Of a stretch of DNA of 64,000 nucleotides, positions 16,845 to 26,254 are shown piece after piece. The stretch's first letter is position 1. Every line of letters starts with the position of its first letter. The stretch lies in IMG/VR virus record IMGVR_UViG_3300005512_000009, positions 29,543 to 93,542 of that record. One strand, written 5' to 3'. Source of the DNA: a virus (taxonomy: Duplodnaviria > Caudoviricetes). The position numbers and the translations under genes are program-made. Below the pieces are notes generated by a model that saw only the letters and a list, made by a program, of their open reading frames with translations, did no database searches and was not told the DNA's origin.

Positions 16845-17493
16845 ATTACGAGAAAAAATATTATCTATATTGTCTGGGCAATTAGATGAAGAGACAATTA
16901 AAGCGGACTCATTGCCGCCTGCAGATCCAGATTTCATGAAAAATTCACCTAAAGCGGTTGGATTTGAATCTACTTCAGAACAAATGAATTTATTTTTAAA
17001 TTTATTGTTCGGATATAGCCCCACATCAGATACTATTACAGATGTAGGCGCGGGCCGTGCTGATCTTTATGGATTTATCAAAGACTTTTATGGCGTAGAA
17101 CCTAGTTATTATGGGTTTGAACAAAGTCCGTTGCTGGTAGACGCAGCAGCAGAAAAATGGGGCGTTAGTTTAGATAATCGCAATTTTGATGATATGAATG
17201 AACTACCTCGAAAAAGTTGGGTAGTTGCAAATGCATTTTTCTTTCAAAGACGACACGAACGAGAAGATGAAGATCTTAATTATTTGTTAGATGCAGTTGA
17301 TAAGATGTATAACTCTGCGTCTACTGCAGTATCTTTCAACTTATTATCTCCTATCAACAACGAAATACATGATGGACATTTTTATGTGCATCCTGGTCTT
17401 ATATTGGATATGCTGATTGAAAAATATCAATTAGTAACCATAAAACACAATTATTCAAATTCAATCTATACAGTAACAATTTATAAATACTAA
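16834..17493 (+). CDS. class I SAM-dependent methyltransferase-like protein
   Basis: ITDVGAGRADLY motif I followed by YYGFEQ. Confidence 0.7.
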   Translation: MLDKLREKILSILSGQLDEETIKADSLPPADPDFMKNSPKAVGFESTSEQMNLFLNLLFGYSPTSDTITDVGAGRADLYGFIKDFYGVEPSYYGFEQSPLLVDAAAEKWGVSLDNRNFDDMNELPRKSWVVANAFFFQRRHEREDEDLNYLLDAVDKMYNSASTAVSFNLLSPINNEIHDGHFYVHPGLILDMLIEKYQLVTIKHNYSNSIYTVTIYKY

Positions 17494-17497
17494 AAAA

Positions 17498-17887
17498 ATG
17501 GCAGGAAGTGTTAATCACCCATGGGGTATCCCAGAAAAAGCAATACAGAGATACGGCAAAACATGGGCAAATACAGATTTCGTAATACAAAACATTTACG
17601 AATCTCAATTTAAAAATGATCCAATGAATACAAAAGTTGGAACATTGTATGTTGGAAATGCAAAAATTCCAATGAAGTTTAAAAATGTAATATCTGAAGC
17701 TACCAAGTTATTCAATACTTTAGATGCTTTGTATCCATACAGAAAAGATAAAAGTCGAAAATTTGAAGTTTCGATCATGAACAAAGACTTTGTGTTATCA
17801 CAGTTAGAAATACGAAAAGTTGCTGAAACATTAGAAACAGCAGCTGAAATTATTCCGAAAGGATATCAGTTAGGATTATATTTATAA
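17498..17887 (+). CDS. hypothetical protein
   Basis: 129-aa ORF in an operon. Confidence 0.7.
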   Translation: MAGSVNHPWGIPEKAIQRYGKTWANTDFVIQNIYESQFKNDPMNTKVGTLYVGNAKIPMKFKNVISEATKLFNTLDALYPYRKDKSRKFEVSIMNKDFVLSQLEIRKVAETLETAAEIIPKGYQLGLYL

Positions 17888-17896
17888 TAAAGTGAT

Positions 17897-18088
17897 ATGC
17901 TGACAGACGACGACATATTAGAAATACAAAACATGATAAACAAAAGTAATTCAAATGAAGAATTATTTGCAAGTTTAAAATCATATTTTATACAAACTAA
18001 AACTAAGACGTCTAAATTAAAAGATGATCCATTGTATGTTGCTTGGACGGTATATCAAAATATAATTCAAAACAAACGTATTGTATGA
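17897..18088 (+). CDS. hypothetical protein
   Basis: 63-aa ORF. Confidence 0.6.
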   Translation: MLTDDDILEIQNMINKSNSNEELFASLKSYFIQTKTKTSKLKDDPLYVAWTVYQNIIQNKRIV

Positions 18089-18522
18089 ATCTTTTTGAAA
18101 ATATACATGTGCCGAATGCTGAGATCGAATATGTCATCGGGTTACCGCCGAGTGAACGAGTTCATTATTTGTTTGAGTTGTATGATTTAGAACGAGCAAA
18201 AAAGCAAAATCCTAATTTAAATTTAAGAGATTTTTTCAGTGAGTTAGAAGATGCTGAATTTATTCCCGAAGATTCTCCCAATATTGAAGAGTTTGAAGTA
18301 GGAGACAATCACCAAGTTGATGTGATGATAGACGATCAAAATATTTTGATTGAGTCTAATAGTCTAAAAGCATTACGTATTATCAGAAATCGTTTCATAG
18401 AAAATGGGTTTATTCTGTTAAGAGATGAAGATACAGAAAAAATGTTTAAGCAGGATAAAATTACAAAATATCTTAGAGTATTTCGTATTGTGAGTCAAGT
18501 AGATCCACTTTGTTGGAATTAA
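18085..18522 (+). CDS. hypothetical protein
   Basis: Likely start MNLFENI (ATGA overlap). Confidence 0.7.
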   Translation: MNLFENIHVPNAEIEYVIGLPPSERVHYLFELYDLERAKKQNPNLNLRDFFSELEDAEFIPEDSPNIEEFEVGDNHQVDVMIDDQNILIESNSLKALRIIRNRFIENGFILLRDEDTEKMFKQDKITKYLRVFRIVSQVDPLCWN

Positions 18523-18608
18523 CATATTTATATAAGAGACACGGAAGGTCTTTTTTATTAACAACAACGGTTAGCTAATGCAACCGCATAAACACAGGAG
18601 GTTTAATT

Positions 18609-19019
18609 ATGACACTAATTAATGAGCGAATGCTAAATGATTTAGATTTAGTATTCAAAAATTTCTTTGATCAACGACCTTATACTTCAGTTCGTGAAAG
18701 TAAAATAGGTTATCCAGTAGACATTATTAGAACAACAGAAGGCGTTCGTTTTGAAATAGCCGCAGTAGGCTTAGAGAAAACGGATGTTACTATTACTACA
18801 GAAGGAGAAACACTTCGAGTAGCATACAAGCCTGATGCTAAACAGGATGATGAAATTTATATTCATCGAGGCATAGCACGTAGGTCTTTTGACTTGGCTT
18901 GGAAAATTTCTTCTGACTTAGACTTACATAAGGCTTCGGCTACTATGGATAAAGGGCTTCTTACAGTGGAAGTTCCGTTTGCTGAGTCTAGAGCACCAAA
19001 ACAATTAAAAATTAAGTAA
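18609..19019 (+). CDS. small heat-shock protein (Hsp20/IbpA family)
   Basis: YPVDI, EIAAVG, YIHRGIARRSF and MDKGLLTV motifs; strong SD AGGAGG. Confidence 0.93.
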   Translation: MTLINERMLNDLDLVFKNFFDQRPYTSVRESKIGYPVDIIRTTEGVRFEIAAVGLEKTDVTITTEGETLRVAYKPDAKQDDEIYIHRGIARRSFDLAWKISSDLDLHKASATMDKGLLTVEVPFAESRAPKQLKIK

Positions 19020-19039
19020 ACGCAGTAAAAGACCTTCCT

Positions 19040-19243
19040 ATGCTCTGTTATCCTATAGTTGAGTTTCAAAACAAGTTATATCAAGTAAAAAGAAAAATCC
19101 GCGAGCCTCATAGTCCTATTTTAGAAGCGTGGAAAGAAGTTACGGGGTCTGATACAGTACTTAGAAAAGATGGTTACTTTTGGTTTGTATCAGAAATAGA
19201 AGAAGCAGAAATTATAGAATTCACACCATGGGAAGATTCTTGA
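19040..19243 (+). CDS. hypothetical protein
   Basis: 67-aa ORF. Confidence 0.65.
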   Translation: MLCYPIVEFQNKLYQVKRKIREPHSPILEAWKEVTGSDTVLRKDGYFWFVSEIEEAEIIEFTPWEDS

Positions 19244-19272
19244 TTGGATCTTCCCATTTTTTATCTTATATT
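19244..19272 (+). promoter_or_regulatory. Class II promoter
   Basis: TTGGAT-17-TATATT. Confidence 0.75.
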
Positions 19273-19289
19273 ATATAAAAGTTATAGTT

Positions 19290-19517
19290 ATGGCAAACAC
19301 AGAAAACAAAACCGAAGTTAAAAGTGTATTTGATGATTCATTTTTTCATGCAGCACGTTATGAGGATGAAAGTCGTGAAGATTATAAAAAACGACAAAAA
19401 GCTAACAATCAATTTTTAAAGATGTACAAACGCTTTGGTAGAGAACGTTTCATCCAATTCATGGACTTCATGAAGAAAATGGGCGAGCAAGAAATACCAC
19501 AACATGATGCAGAATAA
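19290..19517 (+). CDS. hypothetical protein
   Basis: 75-aa ORF after a promoter. Confidence 0.7.
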   Translation: MANTENKTEVKSVFDDSFFHAARYEDESREDYKKRQKANNQFLKMYKRFGRERFIQFMDFMKKMGEQEIPQHDAE

Positions 19518-19731
19518 TTTTTTACGTGTATCTACAAAAGCTGGCATAACGCATTATGTGAATATTGCTCATATTATAGATCTACATGATACTGCAAATG
19601 GCAGTAGTACGTGTATAGAAACAATTAATGGTACGATTTACTCTGATAGTCCGTTGGTTGAGTTAATTGAACGTATTTATAAAATTCAATGGGATGGCGA
19701 AACAAAAGATACCAACTTCAATTCAAAATAA
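19504..19731 (+). CDS. hypothetical protein
   Basis: 75-aa ORF (YVNIAHI...TCIET). Confidence 0.65.
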   Translation: MMQNNFLRVSTKAGITHYVNIAHIIDLHDTANGSSTCIETINGTIYSDSPLVELIERIYKIQWDGETKDTNFNSK

Positions 19732-20233
19732 ATTTACCCGAGAACTTTACAAAGTCGGCGATTATGTTTATTTTGATTGGTTAGGACAAAAAGAATATGG
19801 GCATGTTATACGAATTTATCAGAGCAGTGGAACGACTATGTACATGGTTCAAGGAAAAAAGTATCGCTATCCGTGCGGCGTTCAAATCAAAACATGTCGA
19901 TCTGGTACCGCTGGACATATCTTCTATGAACAGACACAAGAATTCGGACAAGATGAAATTCGAAGAAGATTTGAGTCTAGAACAGTATCTCAAGACAGCA
20001 CAAGGACAAAAAGAACTCAGTCAAGCAAAGATAAAGTTCGGGGAGGAAATTCTAAAGCAACTAACAATGAGGTATCACAGCCTAAAAGAGCCACCAAGCA
20101 CCGCACAGAAAATGATGATAAGTCTAGCAATACAGCAAACAGTAAGGGAACTACAACTAGAAGAAGAAAAAGCTATTCCAAACTAGACGAGGCAGTACAA
20201 AAACAAAAAGATTTTTTAAGAAAGTTTACATAA
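19694..20233 (+). CDS. hypothetical protein (SH3/KOW-like N-terminus, basic disordered C-terminus)
   Basis: YKVGDYVYF...GHV motif; likely start MAKQK. Confidence 0.65.
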   Translation: MAKQKIPTSIQNKFTRELYKVGDYVYFDWLGQKEYGHVIRIYQSSGTTMYMVQGKKYRYPCGVQIKTCRSGTAGHIFYEQTQEFGQDEIRRRFESRTVSQDSTRTKRTQSSKDKVRGGNSKATNNEVSQPKRATKHRTENDDKSSNTANSKGTTTRRRKSYSKLDEAVQKQKDFLRKFT

Positions 20234-20236
20234 TGG

Positions 20237-20265
20237 TTGGATCGTGTCTCTTTTTTTCTTATATT
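20237..20265 (+). promoter_or_regulatory. Class II promoter
   Basis: TTGGAT-17-TATATT. Confidence 0.75.
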
Positions 20266-20284
20266 ATAATATAAATTAAAAGAG

Positions 20285-20539
20285 ATGAAATATAGACTTC
20301 AAAACGATTATGATAATGTAATAGATTTAATTGATAATCTATTAGACATAAATACATTTAAGAATTCAGATACATTTTTTAATTGGTGTGTAGATGTATT
20401 AATTTTTATATCAAATACTCTTAATATTTCATATGAAGAGGCTAATATTCTTATTTTTGTAATTATACACCCAATAATTACCATGATATTAGCACTAGTT
20501 GTATTAAAGCAGCGCCGAAAAATAAAAAGATTAAGTTAA
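20285..20539 (+). CDS. small membrane protein
   Basis: FNWCVDVL...ISYEEANILIFVII plus a TM helix and basic tail. Confidence 0.75.
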   Translation: MKYRLQNDYDNVIDLIDNLLDINTFKNSDTFFNWCVDVLIFISNTLNISYEEANILIFVIIHPIITMILALVVLKQRRKIKRLS

Positions 20540-21547
20540 CGTATTAGGATCGATAGTTAAATTTACTGATAAGGCCTTTTCAGGTATATTGTCTGGATAA
20601 TCAACCCATCCCTTTACACGAGCAGCTTCGTAGTAACTTAAATCATATTCGTCTTGTAACTCAGATATAGATTTTCCTTCAAGCGATTCTCGATTGATAC
20701 CTGATATTGCTGCATATCTTGGATCTTTAAAATCATATTTATCTGTTATAGTATATGTACCATCACTATTTTTATTCCAATTAAAACGTCCTAATAATGT
20801 TGCCATAGCAAATTTCATATCAAATGTTATCGCACCCCATGCAGCCTCCCATGTGCTAGGACTTCCTTTTTCATTTTGAAATTTTGATGCAACCTCTTGA
20901 CCATAATCAATATATTTCGTACTACCACTATTTGTACGATTGAGTCTTTTAGCAGATTGTTGTATTACATTTAATAGTATTTTTTGTTGTTCATCAGTAA
21001 AATCTGCAGTTGTTAAAGATTTACCTTTAAGTAATTGAACAACGTTTGGAAACCCTTTTCTAATGTATTGAAACCAACCTTCATCAGACTCAGGTTCTTT
21101 ACTAGTAATTTTGTTCATTGTTTTTTGATCTTGCTTTTGCGGTGTTTGAAGCATCATATAATTTAATCTTTGCTCAATATCTTCTCGATCAGCTCCAGCA
21201 ACATATGTAGACATTCCAGGCATATTACTACCATGATCAACTTTGAAATCAAAATCATCAACCGTAACAAGTTTATCTAATTCTGCAGTTGTTTTAGGGC
21301 CGACTACACCATCCCATTCTTTTGGGTTGTTAGGAAATTGTTTTTCTTGAAATTTCTTCACAGCAGCTGCTGTTTTAGGACCATAGATACCATAACTTGT
21401 ATCCGGTATTGGATTCATTATCCCAGCATCAATTAATTTTTGTTGTATTTTTGCAATGGGGCCGGTTTTAGTTCCAACCCGCGGGTCTCGCATTCCTCGT
21501 TTAAACAACCTTGTTTGTTCTTGTAATAATGATTTTAGTTTTATCAT
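20531..21547 (-). CDS. peptidoglycan-binding-domain protein with leader MIKLKSLLQE
   Basis: IQQKL...GIYGPKTAAAVKKFQ...DGVVGPKT (PG_binding_1). The only convincing minus-strand gene; ATATTTAT lies on the minus strand at 21569-21576. Confidence 0.85.
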   Translation of the reverse strand: MIKLKSLLQEQTRLFKRGMRDPRVGTKTGPIAKIQQKLIDAGIMNPIPDTSYGIYGPKTAAAVKKFQEKQFPNNPKEWDGVVGPKTTAELDKLVTVDDFDFKVDHGSNMPGMSTYVAGADREDIEQRLNYMMLQTPQKQDQKTMNKITSKEPESDEGWFQYIRKGFPNVVQLLKGKSLTTADFTDEQQKILLNVIQQSAKRLNRTNSGSTKYIDYGQEVASKFQNEKGSPSTWEAAWGAITFDMKFAMATLLGRFNWNKNSDGTYTITDKYDFKDPRYAAISGINRESLEGKSISELQDEYDLSYYEAARVKGWVDYPDNIPEKALSVNLTIDPNTLT

Positions 21548-21576
21548 ATACGCCCTGTAATCATAATTATAAATAT

Positions 21577-21605
21577 TTGGTTTATTGAAAACATGTTCTT
21601 ATATT
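21577..21605 (+). promoter_or_regulatory. Class II promoter
   Basis: TTGGTT-17-TATATT. Confidence 0.65.
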
Positions 21606-21621
21606 ATATAAAAGAAACATT

Positions 21622-22644
21622 ATGGTTAGATATGGGTATTGTTGCATCAACATGGAGTTGGGCAAGCAAAAGATTCGTACGGGTCGTACGATGATTCAGC
21701 GAAAATTTGAAGAAGGTGGCTTGCAACTTGCTTCTGATATATCTTTAGAAAATGCAATGGATTTGCTTCCTATACTTCAGTGGAATGAAGAGAGAGGCAT
21801 TCGATTGTTTCGAATTGGCTCTGAGATATTTCCTCGTTGGAATCATTACAAACTAGAAGATTTACCTGAAATTGATCTTATTGCAGACATACTTCGTGAA
21901 GCGGGCGATTATGCTCGTGAACATGGTCATCGACTCACTACACATCCGGGTCCGTTCAACATCTTGGGTTCTCCAGATCCGGTTGTAGTAGACAATACAA
22001 TTGTTAGTCTCGAACGACATTCAGAGATGTTTGATTTGTTAGGTTATGATGATGCTACTCCTGATAACCTTATCAATATTCATATAGGTGCTACTTATGG
22101 CGATAAGCCTAATACGATTGCCAGATGGCTTCGTAATTTTGATCGCTTGTCAGATCGCCTTAAAGCTCGCTTAGTTGTAGAGAATGATGACAAGGCTTCA
22201 ATGTATTCTGTACGAGATCTTTATGAAATGGTACATAAGCAGACAGGCACTCCGGTTACTTTTGATTATTGGCATCACAAATTCAATACCGGTGATTTGT
22301 CTGAAGAAGAAGCTTTCTATATGGCTCGAGAAACATATGAGGTGCATGGCGTTACCCAATGTACCCATTATTCTGAATCTCGTCGCAAAGAATACCAAAA
22401 GAAGTTAGAATTGATTTGTGAACAACACGATATTCCATTTGACAAATTAGAAGAATGGCCGACATTTGAAAAGTTATACAAAGAATTCAGCAAGATCAAA
22501 GAACAGGCACATAGTGATTATATCTTAGAATTACCTAATACTTATGATGTTGATGATTTAGACATCGAGGTTGAAGCTAAAGCAAAAGAACAGTCATTGT
22601 TGCAAATTGGGTTGTACGAAACACCACAGATTTTACAAGATTAA
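21622..22644 (+). CDS. uvsE: UV damage endonuclease
   Basis: GYCCIN, RLTTHPG, INIHIG, LVVENDD, FDYWHH, HYSES, AHSD and EAKAKE motifs. Confidence 0.95.
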   Translation: MVRYGYCCINMELGKQKIRTGRTMIQRKFEEGGLQLASDISLENAMDLLPILQWNEERGIRLFRIGSEIFPRWNHYKLEDLPEIDLIADILREAGDYAREHGHRLTTHPGPFNILGSPDPVVVDNTIVSLERHSEMFDLLGYDDATPDNLINIHIGATYGDKPNTIARWLRNFDRLSDRLKARLVVENDDKASMYSVRDLYEMVHKQTGTPVTFDYWHHKFNTGDLSEEEAFYMARETYEVHGVTQCTHYSESRRKEYQKKLELICEQHDIPFDKLEEWPTFEKLYKEFSKIKEQAHSDYILELPNTYDVDDLDIEVEAKAKEQSLLQIGLYETPQILQD

Positions 22645-22665
22645 TATTTATACAAAAGGAAAGTT

Positions 22666-22845
22666 ATGGCAAATTATCGTTTTAAAGCAAAAATTTCTGA
22701 TGACATGGTAGATGCAATGGAGATTATTAAAAGTGCAGGAAAATCTATTGCAGCAGGTCATGCAGACAAAAATGCAATACTAACAAATTTAACTGCTGCT
22801 TATAGAAAATTAGAATCAGCAAAGTATTATTTAGATAGAGAATAG
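22666..22845 (+). CDS. small hypothetical protein (59 aa, not in the ORF track)
   Basis: MANYRFKAKISDDM...AKYYLDRE*; ATATTTAT at 22644 and AAGGA upstream. Confidence 0.7.
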   Translation: MANYRFKAKISDDMVDAMEIIKSAGKSIAAGHADKNAILTNLTAAYRKLESAKYYLDRE

Positions 22846-23801
22846 TGAAAAATGTTTTTCCATACATTGTATACGCTTCAGCATTTGCATTAGCCGGCAG
22901 TGCTGCCTATTACAGTGTATTCGGATTAAGCAAATTATTTTCAGCTCAGGCATTAGCTGTTGTCATAATGGCTGGTACTTTAGAAGTATCTAAACTTATT
23001 ACTGCATCATATCTTCATCGATATTGGAAACGCATAGGACTTTTATTAAAGACCTATCTTGTTACTGCAGTATTTGTGTTGATGTTTATTACATCTATAG
23101 GTATATATGGATTCTTAGTATCAGCGTATCAAACAACAGCAGATCAGCTTACAGTATTAGACAAACAAGTAGATGTAATTGAGTTGAAGCGTGAAAGATT
23201 TCAAACGCAACTAGATGAATATTCTGCAGAAAAGAAACAATTGAGCGAATCAATATCAGAATTATCTAAAGGTTTATCTAACAATGTAATTCAATATCGT
23301 GATAAAGAAACTGGTGAAATTATAACAACAACATCGTCCTCTACTCGTAAAGTTTTAGAAAGACAACTTGATGATTCTAAACAACAAAGAAATACAGTAA
23401 ATTTAAAAATAGAATCATTAACTGATTCAATTACTAGTTTGGATTTGCAAGTATTAGATATAGAATCAAATAATGATGTTGCTGCAGAATTAGGCCCGTT
23501 GCGATATGTAGCTGAATTAACTAATCAACCAATGAATCAGGTTGTGAATTGGTTCATTCTTATTTTTATTTTTGTGTTTGATCCGTTAGCAGTAACCTTA
23601 CTAATTGCGGCACAAATTGCAAATAAAAAAACAGATATAACCGAACAAGATGTAAAAACAATCACGAATGATGGTTTGGATGACACGTTAGCAGCAGAAG
23701 AATTTGAAGTCGACGATATTGAATGGCTCCAAAAACAAGCTGAACGGGAAGAATTATATCAAGAAAAGAAAAAAACAAATAGACCTAAAATTATATCATA
23801 A
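22845..23801 (+). CDS. membrane-anchored coiled-coil protein
   Basis: Three N-terminal TM segments, a coiled coil, and C-terminal IFVFDPLAV TM. Confidence 0.8.
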   Translation: MKNVFPYIVYASAFALAGSAAYYSVFGLSKLFSAQALAVVIMAGTLEVSKLITASYLHRYWKRIGLLLKTYLVTAVFVLMFITSIGIYGFLVSAYQTTADQLTVLDKQVDVIELKRERFQTQLDEYSAEKKQLSESISELSKGLSNNVIQYRDKETGEIITTTSSSTRKVLERQLDDSKQQRNTVNLKIESLTDSITSLDLQVLDIESNNDVAAELGPLRYVAELTNQPMNQVVNWFILIFIFVFDPLAVTLLIAAQIANKKTDITEQDVKTITNDGLDDTLAAEEFEVDDIEWLQKQAEREELYQEKKKTNRPKIIS

Positions 23802-23804
23802 GTT

Positions 23805-24002
23805 ATGGCAAAAAAGAAGTTACGATCAGATGGTTATGTTACCATGAAATGTAAATTATGTTCAAACAAAGTAGAACGTGTTGATTCTTCAGCAAAATCA
23901 GTAATGTGCTGGGAGTGTACACAATTATATACTGAAGGATATTCTTTACAAGAAATTTCAGAAATGGGTGAAAAAGAAAGAAGTGTTATCTTTGTTAGAT
24001 AA
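23805..24002 (+). CDS. small Zn-finger-like protein
   Basis: CKLC...CWEC. Confidence 0.65.
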   Translation: MAKKKLRSDGYVTMKCKLCSNKVERVDSSAKSVMCWECTQLYTEGYSLQEISEMGEKERSVIFVR

Positions 24003-24039
24003 CTTTTTTTCATTATATTATAAATAAAAACAGTTACGA

Positions 24040-24816
24040 ATGAATCTATCCGCAGAGACAATCAAGCAAAATTGGGAAACATATCGTTCTAGAGTAAATG
24101 AACTATTTCCTACACGAAAAGACTCGCTCAACAAAATGTATGACGAGTATGAAAATAGAATGGCTATGATGCCAGCATCATCAGTTGCTCATTATCATAA
24201 TGCATTTGCCGGAGGCTATGTTGCACACGTTTTAAATGTAATGCGTTGTGCAGAGTTACAATATAATATGTGGAAAGGCGCGGGTGCTGATATGTCTGGT
24301 TATACTTTCGAAGAATTGATGTTTGCAGCAATGCATCATGATTTAGGCAAAGCAGGATTTCCAGGCGAAGGTAATGAAGTATACCAAGTTGAAACATCTG
24401 ATTGGCATCGGAAGAATATGGGAAGGATGTATAAGCATAACGAAAATATTCCTTTCACGATGGTACCTGATTTATCAATATTTTTGCTTCATCAATATGG
24501 TGTTGATATGTCTTGGAATGAATACCAAGCTATCAAAATTCACGATGGTATGTATGATGATGGCAACAAACCATACTTCGTTGCAAGGACAGCTAAAGCA
24601 AAATTAAAAACAAATTTACCGTTAATTCTTCATCATGCAGATCATATGGCAGCTCAAATTGAATATGAAACATGGAGAAATTCACAAAACGAAACACCTA
24701 AAGTGTCAGCCCCAAAAGCTAAAGCAACTAAAACAACAGCTGTAAAGAATTTAGCTGAAAATAATCCTGAGTCAGGAAAGGGTATTGCTGATATCTTTAG
24801 TTCATTTGGAGAATAA
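24040..24816 (+). CDS. HD-domain phosphohydrolase
   Basis: PAS...HNAFAGG.VAH, HHDLGK, HDG and HHAD motifs. Confidence 0.9.
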   Translation: MNLSAETIKQNWETYRSRVNELFPTRKDSLNKMYDEYENRMAMMPASSVAHYHNAFAGGYVAHVLNVMRCAELQYNMWKGAGADMSGYTFEELMFAAMHHDLGKAGFPGEGNEVYQVETSDWHRKNMGRMYKHNENIPFTMVPDLSIFLLHQYGVDMSWNEYQAIKIHDGMYDDGNKPYFVARTAKAKLKTNLPLILHHADHMAAQIEYETWRNSQNETPKVSAPKAKATKTTAVKNLAENNPESGKGIADIFSSFGE

Positions 24817-24817
24817 T

Positions 24818-25117
24818 ATGACAATTGTATTTTCAATTATAATGACAATATTTGGCTTTGCTGCTGGATATTTTGGGTATCGTGCTTACATCCTAGCAGG
24901 AGTAGTTGCTGACGACAGAGAATATTTAGAACAATTAGAATTTACATACGCAATGTTGTTAGATAGAGTGCAAAAATCATATGACGAAATGCAACGCATA
25001 GATTCTAAAGGAGCATTTGAATCAGACGACGAAGCCGGAACAACATTTGCTTTATTAAAACAAGTTATAGACGATTTATATGAGGAAGCAAATGGGCCGC
25101 AAAAAGAAGAAGAGTAA
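24818..25117 (+). CDS. membrane-anchored hypothetical protein
   Basis: N-terminal TM; IDSKGAFESDDE motif. Confidence 0.7.
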   Translation: MTIVFSIIMTIFGFAAGYFGYRAYILAGVVADDREYLEQLEFTYAMLLDRVQKSYDEMQRIDSKGAFESDDEAGTTFALLKQVIDDLYEEANGPQKEEE

Positions 25118-25793
25118 TAGATATTGGACGCAGATAACAGAACTTGCAGTCACTGCATATAATCTTTCTGAACCAGAGCCTGTGCTTCGTGAACGCATAT
25201 ATAGAAGATTTTTATTTCCTGCACTAATGAAAATGGCAGAAAATTTAATCAACAAGATGAAGCCGGATTATATTGATTCATCATTTCAAGACCTTCAGAC
25301 AGATCTAGTAACATATCTTACAGAACGTCTAAGTAAGTTTAATCCAAATGCTGGGAAAGCATATTCATATTATACAAGAACTGCATTCAACTATTTAATT
25401 GCTGAGAATCAAAAAGGTTATGCAAAACTTAAAAGTAATCTAGAACCACTCAATATTGATGAAGAACGCAACGTGTTGATAGAAATGCATAACGATGAAA
25501 TGTCTGAAACGATTGAGTATTTCATGAATGCATATGTAGATTATTGTTACGATAATCTAAATCACATATTTTCAAATTCAGCTGATATCCATGTTGCTGA
25601 CTCTGTATTACACTTATTTGAAAATCGAGAAAATATTGAGCAATTCAATAAAAAGGCTCTTTATATCTTTATAAGAGAACGAACTGGTTTAGAAACTAAC
25701 AACATTACTAGAGTTGTAAAAGTCTTAAAACAAATATATCAAGACAAATTCAAAGAATATGAAACTAATGATTTCATGATTCTGCCGTTCTAA
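25092..25793 (+). CDS. gp55-like late-transcription sigma factor
   Basis: Sigma region-2-like MKMAENLI...KFNPNAGKAYSYYTRTAFNYLI, similar to T4 gp55 FD..K..NPHAYITQACFN; lies just before the structural block. Confidence 0.65.
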   Translation: MGRKKKKSNRYWTQITELAVTAYNLSEPEPVLRERIYRRFLFPALMKMAENLINKMKPDYIDSSFQDLQTDLVTYLTERLSKFNPNAGKAYSYYTRTAFNYLIAENQKGYAKLKSNLEPLNIDEERNVLIEMHNDEMSETIEYFMNAYVDYCYDNLNHIFSNSADIHVADSVLHLFENRENIEQFNKKALYIFIRERTGLETNNITRVVKVLKQIYQDKFKEYETNDFMILPF

Positions 25794-25816
25794 TATTTAT
25801 TTTAAAGGACGGTTTC

Positions 25817-26254
25817 ATGGAAAATACGGAAGAATTATTTAAAGGGGTATCATTTTCTGACCTGATGTCTGACGTATATCATAATAGTAAGAAAAAAGAT
25901 CGCCAGATCAATCAACTTATATCTCAGTTACAACCACTAATTAAAACTACATCTGACGCTACAATTGTAGTTCCATTAATCAAAGAATATTTAGATATTG
26001 CAGTTAAAAATGATGATCATCTTGTTAAATTAACTGCAATAGTTCAACGGTTTATTTCTACAAAACAAACTATTACTGGAGAAGGTTCATTGCTTTCAGA
26101 AGACGAGAAAAAACAACTTCTTGCGGTAGCAAATGAAACATTTGAAAATGAATTAACGGAAGAAGTAGAACGTCTTGAAAATGAAGATCGTGTTCTTAAA
26201 CAAAAAATTGCTGAAGTTAAAGAGAAGGTGAGTCAGAATCATGACAAAGACTAA
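25817..26254 (+). CDS. conserved late hypothetical protein
   Basis: ATATTTAT at 25793; VPLIKEYLDIAVKNDDHLVKL. Confidence 0.8.
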   Translation: MENTEELFKGVSFSDLMSDVYHNSKKKDRQINQLISQLQPLIKTTSDATIVVPLIKEYLDIAVKNDDHLVKLTAIVQRFISTKQTITGEGSLLSEDEKKQLLAVANETFENELTEEVERLENEDRVLKQKIAEVKEKVSQNHDKD

